Shown here: piece after piece, positions 19,701 to 27,329 of the stretch
Position numbering within the stretch: position 1 is the first letter of the stretch
Layout of the letters: each line of letters begins with the position of its first letter
Source: a virus
Reading direction: 5' to 3' (one strand)
DNA: 27,329 nucleotides
IMG/VR virus record: IMGVR_UViG_3300013103_000050
Location: 1-27,329 of that record
Notes under the pieces: generated by a model
Database searches by the model: none
Seen by the model: only the letters and a program-made list of their open reading frames with translations
What the model was told of the DNA's origin: nothing
Program-made: the position numbers and the translations under genes

Positions 19701-20187
19701 AAGTAAACCTGTTGAATGGATAACAGCAAATGATCAAAGTATAAAAGATACTTTGATTATATATGAAAATACACAATTTAGAACAATTTCCGGAACCATA
19801 ACAGAAAGTTTTGATGTTGTGAATTGGTTGGCAAGAGCATGGTTAATGAGTGATGGTTCATTGTCTGCCGAAGAAATTACATCAAGTGGCACATTTGATT
19901 TAACTATTCCATTTGAAAGATCTGATACACATATGGTAACCGTATCGCCTATAATTGGGGACAGTTGGATAGAATCAAATATCACATTATTGGACGATTT
20001 GGTTTTTCCAACTAATCCAACAACAATACCATATTATTATAAATGTATTATTGCAGGTATAACCGGAACAAGTGAACCAACATGGACAGTTGGAAATGGT
20101 GATCAAATTACAGATAGTGGTGTAACATGGGAATTAGTAGAAGGAATGATACAACCAATAACTCAATTTCCAGTAATTCCTAGCTAA
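16741..20187 (+). CDS. Large multidomain adhesin-like protein (DUF2341-like scaffold, three LamG-like domains, CBM-like tip)
   Basis: DUF2341-like segments DFPVLL, IEIDRWD..AQLWVKVP and QDVW..YTAVYHL. Two duplicated AYWRLGE..G.TA.D...IDEVAIF modules. C-terminal YYYKCIIAGITGTSEPTW..G..ITDSGVTW. Confidence 0.68.
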   Translation: MPNLYKLTIPNTEISNDLSDFPVLLNFDTTSGSTDIDSTDLFNHFAFPESVDDDFTGEDNTQPDSKLWMDVDFELDIGGVTNTIADIEILNNELKMDIITDISNGYIRSKYKVSGDFDVQVNFNIPNGIPVLSDSWEFGLRFITDKHDPLLFPIENFTMARYGGSNGPYLFTGTDITNITGGSNDLSGKLRLTRTGSVITGYYWNGTTWVGFGSGISSALSIGYFQLDIRTWSIDHSIKVEYDNFILNSGNIEWDAEDLPEDLNLLKVESHTKHNKVVMGLNPYAYWRLGEITGTTAYDLSGNNYNGAIDAGVVINQSGLLVNDVNKSMRFTGDGIDFIDIGSDELNQVSISCLVKFEDLTSNQIIFKEGGNGNGFGVGIVDSKLSIGVTSNSSNTNWGYATSNLSLNQIYHIVWILDVTNSKIQIYLDGVLIVDETAVIGTHDGTCNCAIGTSNCYTGSFQSALSGLGNDEPFIGTIDEVAIFNQTLNIAEVNELYNSTLDNIIESCSIEIDRWDHNNNQAQLWVKVPYVYSNDDTLLTLSKMEHNYSIYVKSLKPVAYWRLGESTGSTAFDEMGSYNGTYINLPTLNQSGLLVDDGDACVYLDGVDQIISAPFIFSGDMDSTDLTYTCLVNLPAFNTYGAFSNQGLYNYEYTVDATGHVVVWYQDATIITSTNTLTLNETYFLTLTKDGTSHTLYIYDINGLVESVNVTSSKSFTWDETNFFIGSNGSSNYANVKIDEVAIFDYVLSLPEITEIYNQSIAIIQNHDIGITGESPAQDVWTEYTAVYHLSSDGADSTANALDGSMINMDSSNIIDGGIGKALSFDGTTEYINIPHNALFDSVDGYLIENTIRPLTTWNPVDQKYATIISKNAVWGTAGFSQNLYLRNTSNDVRLEHYMRDGGRLVNILGTGIVDYTADFKSHSFVCTALTAIDSYTDSSIDTQDVQTLVTSYNMGSDDVHIGLGYSADPNDVGFNGIIQEVRIGTSSKPVEWITANDQSIKDTLIIYENTQFRTISGTITESFDVVNWLARAWLMSDGSLSAEEITSSGTFDLTIPFERSDTHMVTVSPIIGDSWIESNITLLDDLVFPTNPTTIPYYYKCIIAGITGTSEPTWTVGNGDQITDSGVTWELVEGMIQPITQFPVIPS

Positions 20188-23100
20188 TGGCATATACACC
20201 AAATAACTCATATCAATTCAGTGAATATAATTCACCATCATCATCATTTAATTTTGATTTTGAAATTGAATTATATCCTACTGTCTTATATTCAGGTGAA
20301 GAAAGTGTATTAGATGATTTAAAAATATTTCCATTTTCACCAGAATTACCATTTAATTTTGGTTTATGTGATAAAGAATTAAATTGGGAATACAATAATG
20401 TGTGTACTCACAATAATTCATATACAGGTGAAAATACCTTTATTGAATTCACACAAGATAAAAATTATGAATATAATTTCGCTATATGTGATTTATGGGA
20501 TTATGGTGATGATATTGAATTATCTGAAACATGTGGTATGTTTATTAATACTGGACAAAGTTGTGAATTTGATATTATCACTTTCAAAAATCAAGAATTT
20601 AATTTTGATATTTGTGGTGATGGTAATATTAATGTAAGAAATAAAAATTTAACCAATATTCAACTTGATTATTTAGAACCATGTGAAATCATATATAGAA
20701 TGGAGCCTATTTATTCAGGTGAATCCATTTCAACTGCATTACATATTTCTGGAAAAAATTACCAATTTGATATCACTTTATGTGATAGTGAAACAAATCC
20801 TCAACCAATTGATATAATACCTCACGTATTTTCTTTTAATAGACCGTGGAATTATATATGTTCATCAATAACACTTGATGCTTCTACTGGTGAAAGTGCG
20901 TCTGCTACTATTCTTGGTAGTTTAAAATTACCATTAGATCCTACTTATACAGGCGAAAGTGCCGATTTAACTAATTTAGGTTTAGATATTTCATTCACAA
21001 ACATGAAGGGATATACAGGTGAAGAAGCTGATGTTGATTTCTTTACTAGACCATTTGTTACCTTTGATATTCAAAATCTTTCAGGTGAATATGGTGAAAC
21101 CGATATATATCGTTCAATTTTTATTGGAACAGATATCACTTATACAGGTGAAGAAGTTGATGCTGATATGGAAACTATCGGACCAATTAATCCAATAACA
21201 GATAGTTATACAGGTGAAGAAGTTGATGCTGATTTTGCAATTACTGCAATATTAAACCCATTAATGTATTCCGGTCAAGAAGTTGATGCTGATTTAAAAG
21301 ATGATCCATTAATTGAATTAGAAAATCCAACAATAGATACTGGTGAAGAAGTTGATACTGATTTGGAAATTTTCCAAGCACCAGCATTAACATTGGATTC
21401 TATGTATGGTGGTGAATTGGGGTCAAGTTATTTAAATGTAACTTATGCTTTGAGTTCTATTACTTATACAGGTGAATATGCCGAATTTAGTGTATTAAAT
21501 TTAGATACTGTTTTTGCTGTTGATTATAATACAGGTGAAGAAGCTGATGCTGATATTAAAACAAATTCACCGGATGATTTGGAACCAAATGCTGATAGTG
21601 GTGAATATTCTGATGCATTTGTGGCAACATCATTAGTATTATTCCCTAGAACATATACAGGTGAATATAGTAATGGTGCAATGAGTACAATACCTGCCAT
21701 ATATTTTGCTCCAAAATCATACGCTGGTGAACGTGCTGAAATTGATGAATTAATTGAAGAAACAGAATATTATATTGCTATTGGTGGTGAATATTCTGAT
21801 GCTGGATTATCAAGAGAAATTTCTTTTACACCATATAGTAATTGGACAGGTGAGGAAGTTAAAACAGAAGCACTTAATTTAGAGTTCACTATATTTGAGG
21901 CTAATTCATTAATCAATGGTCAATCAATGAGTGTTGTATTCACAACCATTGCCGGACCTTCACTAGCATTTGATTCTATGTGGACAGGTGAATATGCTGA
22001 ATCTGAGACAGGAATTTTATATTATCCTATATTTATTTTAGATACAATTATCGGTTCACAGGTTATGTATGATGGTTTGGGTGGTGCTGGTGGATTGAAT
22101 TTCTGTACAGATTGTTGTCCAATACCAAATCAATTTGGTGAAAATGATGATCCATTAATTTTTGATGTTAGACCACAAGACAGGGAAGTATGGGGTCGAT
22201 GTGGTCCGGATGAAGATACACAATTCCATACAAGTCTAACGGCTGGAATTAGATTTGAACCTATTGCCTATCATGGTGAATATGTTAAATCATACATAGA
22301 CAAGCAATATATGGCTTTTGGTGAAATGGATGGGTCATGTGATGATGTTCTTGAATTTTGTGAACCATTAGTTTGTATTGATGGAAAAGATAGAGAGGGT
22401 GAGGATTGTGTTCACGATGATTTATATTGGTTATATAATAGAACACCAATTCCAACTAAATTACCAAGGGTTAATGAACTTGAACCTGTTATAACAACTG
22501 GCGAGAGAATTGTTTTATGGTGGGAACCTGTTGATGATTTTGTATCACGTATGGAACAAAAATTCACAGTTGATTTAACACTTCCATCATTGGTGGATAC
22601 TTTTTATACTGGTGAAGATTTTATTATTAGTTTATCGTATGATGAATCTGATTGGAAATATCCATTCAAATTAAATCGTGGTGGAGAACAAGGATACTTT
22701 ACATTTGAAGCTAACGAGAATATGAGATTTTGTCCTGGATATTTAATTCCAAGAGGCGATAATGTTATATTTGATTTTGCTTCTGCAATATTCACAGAAT
22801 GTTTTGGTTATTTTGCTAAAACAGGTGAAATGGTAAAACCTGTTGATTTATTAAGTGAAGCTGGAATGTCTGCGAGAAGTACAAAGAATGGTCAAGTTAT
22901 GAAGTTCTTATTACGAGTGACTGGACCTTGGGAATTAAATTCTACTAATGGACAAAAATTTAGATTTGAGTTATCAACTACTGTTCTTATAAAACCGAAT
23001 AGAATTAAAAGTGGTCAATCTGCATTAGCACATTTATATCGTCCTCCTACATATTGGACTATGGCAAGTGGTGAAATGGCACGTTTAGCACAACTTGACG

Positions 23101-23597
23101 TATCATTGCCTGGAATTAGTTGGATAACCGAAGATGGTTGTATTGAAAATATATTCAACCCATTGACAGAAGATGGTGATATTGATTTAGAGTATGAAAA
23201 CTTTGAACGATGTGTTGAATTTATGCCTTACTTTGGTAAAGTTGAAGCGATATGTGATGATAGTGTTTATATTTATCACGTTATAATAAGACCTGAAATG
23301 ATGGGTAATAATTTTGTAGTTGATAAAATTTCATTTGCAACTGAAAAATTATTTAACTTAGAATGTAATTCAGGTGAAGATGTTTATATTCAAGAATATG
23401 TTGGTGAAGATGGAGCAGAAATTAATGTAGATTTAGAAACATTCCCTGTTATTCCATTAGATGATTTTAAATTAATGGGTACTGGTGAGAATTCATTTTC
23501 TATACTAAATACTACAAATACATTTGAATTTGAATTATATAGTAGTGAAGAAGCTGATGCTATTGTTAATGGTGAATTAGTCTTGGAGTTTGGATAA
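20187..23597 (+). CDS. Large acidic, Cys-containing hypothetical protein with many [Y]-[T/S]-G-[E/Q] repeats
   Basis: 1136-aa ORF overlapping the upstream stop. 18 motif copies at about 21-22 aa spacing in aa~232-605, plus further copies on both sides. No family recognised. Confidence 0.8.
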   Translation: MAYTPNNSYQFSEYNSPSSSFNFDFEIELYPTVLYSGEESVLDDLKIFPFSPELPFNFGLCDKELNWEYNNVCTHNNSYTGENTFIEFTQDKNYEYNFAICDLWDYGDDIELSETCGMFINTGQSCEFDIITFKNQEFNFDICGDGNINVRNKNLTNIQLDYLEPCEIIYRMEPIYSGESISTALHISGKNYQFDITLCDSETNPQPIDIIPHVFSFNRPWNYICSSITLDASTGESASATILGSLKLPLDPTYTGESADLTNLGLDISFTNMKGYTGEEADVDFFTRPFVTFDIQNLSGEYGETDIYRSIFIGTDITYTGEEVDADMETIGPINPITDSYTGEEVDADFAITAILNPLMYSGQEVDADLKDDPLIELENPTIDTGEEVDTDLEIFQAPALTLDSMYGGELGSSYLNVTYALSSITYTGEYAEFSVLNLDTVFAVDYNTGEEADADIKTNSPDDLEPNADSGEYSDAFVATSLVLFPRTYTGEYSNGAMSTIPAIYFAPKSYAGERAEIDELIEETEYYIAIGGEYSDAGLSREISFTPYSNWTGEEVKTEALNLEFTIFEANSLINGQSMSVVFTTIAGPSLAFDSMWTGEYAESETGILYYPIFILDTIIGSQVMYDGLGGAGGLNFCTDCCPIPNQFGENDDPLIFDVRPQDREVWGRCGPDEDTQFHTSLTAGIRFEPIAYHGEYVKSYIDKQYMAFGEMDGSCDDVLEFCEPLVCIDGKDREGEDCVHDDLYWLYNRTPIPTKLPRVNELEPVITTGERIVLWWEPVDDFVSRMEQKFTVDLTLPSLVDTFYTGEDFIISLSYDESDWKYPFKLNRGGEQGYFTFEANENMRFCPGYLIPRGDNVIFDFASAIFTECFGYFAKTGEMVKPVDLLSEAGMSARSTKNGQVMKFLLRVTGPWELNSTNGQKFRFELSTTVLIKPNRIKSGQSALAHLYRPPTYWTMASGEMARLAQLDVSLPGISWITEDGCIENIFNPLTEDGDIDLEYENFERCVEFMPYFGKVEAICDDSVYIYHVIIRPEMMGNNFVVDKISFATEKLFNLECNSGEDVYIQEYVGEDGAEINVDLETFPVIPLDDFKLMGTGENSFSILNTTNTFEFELYSSEEADAIVNGELVLEFG
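21140..21233 (+). repeat. Exact 28-bp direct repeat (period 66 bp) encoding YTGEEVDAD
   Basis: ttatacaggtgaagaagttgatgctgat at 21140-21167 and 21206-21233, with degenerate copies near 21267 and 21339. Confidence 0.9.
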
Positions 23598-24682
23598 TGT
23601 CTTGTGAATTGAATGAAAATACAATACCCTTAGATGCTGATATAATATATGAGGGTCATTTGGATGGATTTGGTGATGTTGACACATATTCATTTGATAT
23701 GATTGAGAATGAAACAATTACATTCAAGGTGAATATTGTTAATGATAGTGGTTCAGGTACATTACCAAATGCCACATTAAAATTATTTAAAATATTTGAT
23801 GGTAATGTAATTGATTTAGGAACATCATATTTACAAAGTCAGGTTAATGTATTTAACTATGATGGTGTTGTTGGGGATTATTATTTCTGTTTAGAAAACC
23901 TATATTCTTGTAATTATAGTGTGTTGGTAGAATTCACAGATTATGATGGTATTGTATTCACAAGGATGTATTCTTATTCAGGTGAAGCTATGGATGGTGA
24001 GTGGCCGATTGTTGAAATTCCACCATGCAATCAACCCGTGGCATATGAAATAACAAACGGTAAATTACCATTAGATATATCAAATGAACCGGAAGATTTT
24101 ACATTTGAATCTGCTGGAATTATATATGGAGTTCCTGGAGAACAAGATTGTGAAAGTGATGATGATGAAACACCAAGTTGGAACTGGAAACGATATGATG
24201 ATGAAACCGGAATACATCCACTTGGCAAAGAATATGATTTCATAGTCAGAGCATATTTTATTCAATATCCATACGTTTTTATTGAAAAAGCATTTAAAAT
24301 TTGTGTGTTTAATAATTGGGATTATGATAAACCTGATTTATTAAATCTACAAAGAACCGAATATGATGTTTCATATGTTGAAGTAGAATTACCGGATCAA
24401 TCACCATTATGTCCACCATGTACGGAGACTAAGGAAATTATTACAGAACGTATTATTAATTGGAAAGAATATGATATAGAAGGATTCCTGAAACGTATGG
24501 ACAAACTTATGTATGAAAAACAATGTAAAGTTAGACATGAATTACCTGAACTTGATAACGTTTATCATGAGCCTGAAATTATCATAAAAGAAGAAAAACT
24601 ATGTGATATTTGTCCAGAAGATGAAGAAGAAAAACCATTTGTGTCTGAACCAATTCAATCTTGTCCGGTATGTACAGAATGA
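23597..24682 (+). CDS. Hypothetical protein with a PPC-like beta-sandwich, an He_PIG/Ig-like domain and a Cys-rich acidic tail
   Basis: GHLDGFGDVDTYSF...GDYYFCL is PPC-like. YEITNGKLP...AGIIYGVP...YDFIVRA is He_PIG-like. CPPC, CDIC and CPVC occur in the C-terminus. Confidence 0.6.
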   Translation: MSCELNENTIPLDADIIYEGHLDGFGDVDTYSFDMIENETITFKVNIVNDSGSGTLPNATLKLFKIFDGNVIDLGTSYLQSQVNVFNYDGVVGDYYFCLENLYSCNYSVLVEFTDYDGIVFTRMYSYSGEAMDGEWPIVEIPPCNQPVAYEITNGKLPLDISNEPEDFTFESAGIIYGVPGEQDCESDDDETPSWNWKRYDDETGIHPLGKEYDFIVRAYFIQYPYVFIEKAFKICVFNNWDYDKPDLLNLQRTEYDVSYVEVELPDQSPLCPPCTETKEIITERIINWKEYDIEGFLKRMDKLMYEKQCKVRHELPELDNVYHEPEIIIKEEKLCDICPEDEEEKPFVSEPIQSCPVCTE

Positions 24683-24706
24683 TAAATAAGATAAAGGAGA
24701 ATTACA

Positions 24707-24997
24707 TTGTCGGTTCCAATAGGTAGAATATCGGAAATATGTAGTGGACATCAATGTTATCCACCATCAATTGCTATTTCTGCAAGTTCTAACGTATTTG
24801 CGGAATTACTACCAGTTCACAGAGTTGGGGACAGTTACATACCACATTGCTGTTTAAGTTGTCATGGGATAACAACAGCGAGGGGATCATCATCTGTTTA
24901 TGTAAACGGTAGACCTTCTGCACATATCGGAGCTATGGCGAGTTGTAGTAGTGTAATGATAACCGGAGCATCAACCGTTTGGATTGAGGGATCTTAA
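24707..24997 (+). CDS. PAAR-family baseplate spike tip protein (gp5.4-like), TTG start
   Basis: GHQCYPP, SSNVF..LPVHRVGD..PHCC..CH, GSSSVYVNGRP. TTG at 24707 preceded by SD AAAGGAG, with GATAAATA at 24681-24688. Confidence 0.92.
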   Translation: MSVPIGRISEICSGHQCYPPSIAISASSNVFAELLPVHRVGDSYIPHCCLSCHGITTARGSSSVYVNGRPSAHIGAMASCSSVMITGASTVWIEGS

Positions 24998-25389
24998 TGA
25001 GACAAACACAAGAAAATTTTTATTCAGATTTAGATTTAACATTTAATACACATCCACTAAACAGTGATATATCCGTATTATTTGATGAAAATAGTATTGA
25101 ACAAAATATGTATAATATATTAATGGCAAATAATGGTGATGCTAAATTTCATCCCGAAAAATGTCTTGGTATTAGGGATATGTTATTTGAACCTATTAAT
25201 ATTATCACAGAAGAACAATTAAGAATAAAAATAACAAATATATTAGAATCGTGGATGCCGAGAATTGAGGTAATACACATTGATGTTGAATCAATTAGGG
25301 ATGAAGGTTATAGAATAACAATATCATACATAACGATAAATATTGTAAATGAACAACAAACTGTATTGTTTTTAGATAGGATAAGATAA
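24997..25389 (+). CDS. gp25: Baseplate wedge subunit gp25
   Basis: YSDLDLTF..HP..DI...DENSIEQ..N, P...LGIRDMLFEP, ESWMPRIEV, YRITISY. Confidence 0.93.
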   Translation: MRQTQENFYSDLDLTFNTHPLNSDISVLFDENSIEQNMYNILMANNGDAKFHPEKCLGIRDMLFEPINIITEEQLRIKITNILESWMPRIEVIHIDVESIRDEGYRITISYITINIVNEQQTVLFLDRIR

Positions 25390-25393
25390 CAAA

Positions 25394-27155
25394 ATGGGAA
25401 AAAATTTAAAAGTAAACAAACTTGATTTTGATGATATAAAAGAAAATTTAATTGAGTTTCTAAAAGGTCAAGAAAAATTTAAAGATTATAATTTTTATGG
25501 TTCTGGATTTGATGTTATATTAGATTCATTGGCATATAATGCATTTTATATGGGAACGTTTGCTCATTTGTTAGCCAACGAAGCATTTATTGATTCTGCT
25601 AATTTAAGAGAAAGTTTAACAAGTAAAGCCAAATTATTTAATTATATTCCAAAATCATCATTTTCTGCTATTGCTGATGTTAATGTCAAATTAGATATTA
25701 ATGAAGATAATGAACCTGCTGATGAAAAGTTTTTAATTGAACGGGGTGAATTTGCGGAATCCGGTAATAATCTATCAGGTTTAATAAGAAAATTCATTTT
25801 AATTGATGATGTGTATGTTTATAACAAATCAATTGCAACAAGTGGTTTTCTTTATCAGACTGATACACTTGAAATATATGAAGGTGAATATATTACAGAT
25901 CACTTCACAAAAGATATTTCACAAAATTCAACTTGGAACCAAGTATACAGATTAACAGCAAAAGATGTTGATTATCGTACAATAAGAATTAAAGTATATG
26001 ATAGTGATACAAGTAGCAATTATCATACATATAAATTAGCTTCTGATTTTATGTTAATTAATGGCGATAGTCAAGTATTTTTTATTACTACTGATGATAA
26101 AGGGTATTATGAGATATTATTCGGCAATGATGTTTACGGTAAAGCTCTTGAAGATGGAAATTACATTGAAATAACATATGTCGAAAATAAAGGCGAATTG
26201 GGTAATGATGCATCATTATTTGATTATATTGGTAAAGATATAATTGGTAGAGATTTAATGCCTGTTGATGTAACCATCAATACTGAAATGGATTCTGATG
26301 GTGGTCGTGGTGAAGAAACATTAGAAGAACTTAAATACAATGTACCACATCATTATAAACGTCAAAATCGTTTGGTAACTATTGAAGATTATAAGTCTGT
26401 TCTTTTAGCTGAATACAATAATATTCAATCTATTAATGTTTGGGGTGGTGAAGATAATTATCCTAAAGTTTATGGTAGAGTATTTATTTCAATTAAACCA
26501 AAAATAGGTAATATTTTATCATCTAAGGCAAAAGAGAAAATACAAGAAACAATACTACACAAATATAACATTGTTACCATTGATACAACAATTGTTGATG
26601 TTGATTTCTTATACTTAAATTTAACAAATAATACCAAATTTAAACCATTAGATACGGATAAATCTGCTGGTGAAATTGCAAATTTGGTTAATGATACTAT
26701 TCATGATTATGATGATTTTCAAGTATCACGTTTCGATGGTTATTATTCAGATGCTTCTTTATATGAGCAAATATTAAATGCAGATCCATCAATCATTAGT
26801 ACATATAATAATATTACATTAGAAAAACAAACCAAACCATCATTGGAAACTTCACAATCTTATGTGATTGATTTTAATGGTGCGATTTTTAAAAATACAA
26901 TTCTAAGTAATGAATTTACATTTAGAGGATTACCAAGTTATTTTGATGATGATGGTGAGGGTAATATTATAATCCATTATGAAAGTTTAATTGATGGTGC
27001 AAAATATACTTATCTTGATGAATATTTTGGTACAATTGATTATGATACTGGAATATTAAATACTTCCAATATTATTATTGATAATATTACAGATGGTGAT
27101 TTTTTAATTACAACCGCTACACCAATCGAACCTGATTTTTATCCTTTAAGAAATA
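25394..27155 (+). CDS. gp6: Baseplate wedge subunit gp6 (native 3' end displaced by the terminal inversion; the ORF-track end at 27202 is probably not native)
   Basis: LDFDDIKENL..FLKGQ..FKDYNFYGSG...LAYN, NEAFIDSA..R, FGNDVYGK, RLVTIEDY, VWGGEDN and YGRVFISIKP. Homology-like sequence runs to ...FYPLRN at about 27154. Confidence 0.93.
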
Positions 27156-27284
27156 TGAATAGTTATTTTCTTCATCTAACCACTCAAAATACGTTGTTAT
27201 AAATGAAACAAACGTTGGATATTTATCGTGAGCATATGAAGGTAGTTGACTTGTGATTAATGGGGCAAGTTTATTTATTGTCAT
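27156..27284 (-). CDS. N-terminal 43 aa of a gp7-like baseplate wedge protein on the inverted segment
   Basis: Hand translation from the ATG at 27284: MTINKLAPLITSQLPSYAHDKYPTFVSFITTYFEWLDEENNYS, matching the Q.P....YP.FV.F...Y.EWL pattern of gp7-like N-termini in T4-like phages. Confidence 0.75.
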
Positions 27285-27329
27285 TATATTCGGTCACTTC
27301 GATTGATACTTTATTAATTTTAATAATGT
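27156..27329 (-). other. Inverted terminal segment (174-177 bp) carrying the gp6 C-terminus and gp7-like N-terminus
   Basis: The reverse complement begins acattattaaaattaataaagtatcaatcgaagtgaccgaatataatgacaataaataa, which joins in frame to gp6 as ...PLRN(N)IIKINKVSIEVTEYNDNK*. Confidence 0.85.

Noticed and set aside
14993-20187. Diversity-generating retroelement acting on the lectin genes
   Set aside because: There is no reverse transcriptase in the window and I saw no long near-identical TR/VR pair differing at adenines. The duplicated LamG units are broadly diverged.
6476-20637. Alternate-frame or overlapping small ORFs (6476-6673, 13466-13654, 18365-18583, 20213-20395, 20398-20637), including a hydrophobic 79-aa one
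   Set aside because: They are nested in long genes without evident expression signals. The hydrophobicity is explained by frame-shifted AT-rich codons, and there is no holin or spanin evidence.
21140-21370. Regularly spaced DNA repeats as a possible CRISPR array
   Set aside because: The repeats are in frame within a coding sequence, degenerate at synonymous positions, non-palindromic, and no cas genes are present.
2225-24265. Short minus-strand ORFs in the track (e.g. 2225-2428, 4160-4378, 5018-5269, 7209-7538, 10903-11151, 12538-12906, 13767-14012, 19734-19985, 24031-24243)
   Set aside because: All lie antisense to well-supported genes and show no recognisable motifs. They are the expected shadows of biased codon usage.
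24400-24682. CPPC/CPVC motifs as a thioredoxin or glutaredoxin active site
   Set aside because: They sit in a low-complexity acidic tail with no thioredoxin-fold context.
27156-27202. ORF-track C-terminus of gp6 (MNSYFLHLTTQNTLL)
   Set aside because: It is read from the inverted segment. The opposite strand encodes the plausible native sequence.
1-27329. tRNA, rRNA, introns or inteins
   Set aside because: No cloverleaf-like or rRNA-like sequence was seen. Intergenic gaps are short, and terminase, portal and capsid genes are uninterrupted.

Overview
A 27.3 kb, AT-rich (about 30% GC by eye) late-gene region of a T4-like myophage. All genes are on the + strand. The conserved core runs gp13, gp14, gp15, gp16, gp17, gp18, gp19, gp20, gp67, gp68, gp21, gp22, gp23, with T4-type TATAAATA late promoters and intrinsic terminators. 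PAAR (gp5.4), gp25 and gp6 baseplate genes come at the end. Non-core insertions: (i) between gp13 and gp14, an HExxH protein with an N-terminus resembling the T4 capsid-targeting sequence, plus a small GxGY-repeat protein; (ii) a free-standing GIY-YIG homing endonuclease between gp14 and gp15; (iii) a roughly 230-aa GxGY-repeat insertion in the tail sheath; (iv) a 10.2 kb five-gene cassette between gp23 and PAAR, encoding a small probably high-copy subunit, two LamG/lectin proteins sharing a C-terminal module, an acidic YTGE-repeat giant, and a PPC/Ig Cys-rich protein. The cassette looks like an accessory virion appendage or adhesin system (inference). The last 174-177 bp are inverted: read on the minus strand they give a plausible gp6 C-terminus and a gp7-like N-terminus. 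All family calls come from motif recognition, not database searches.
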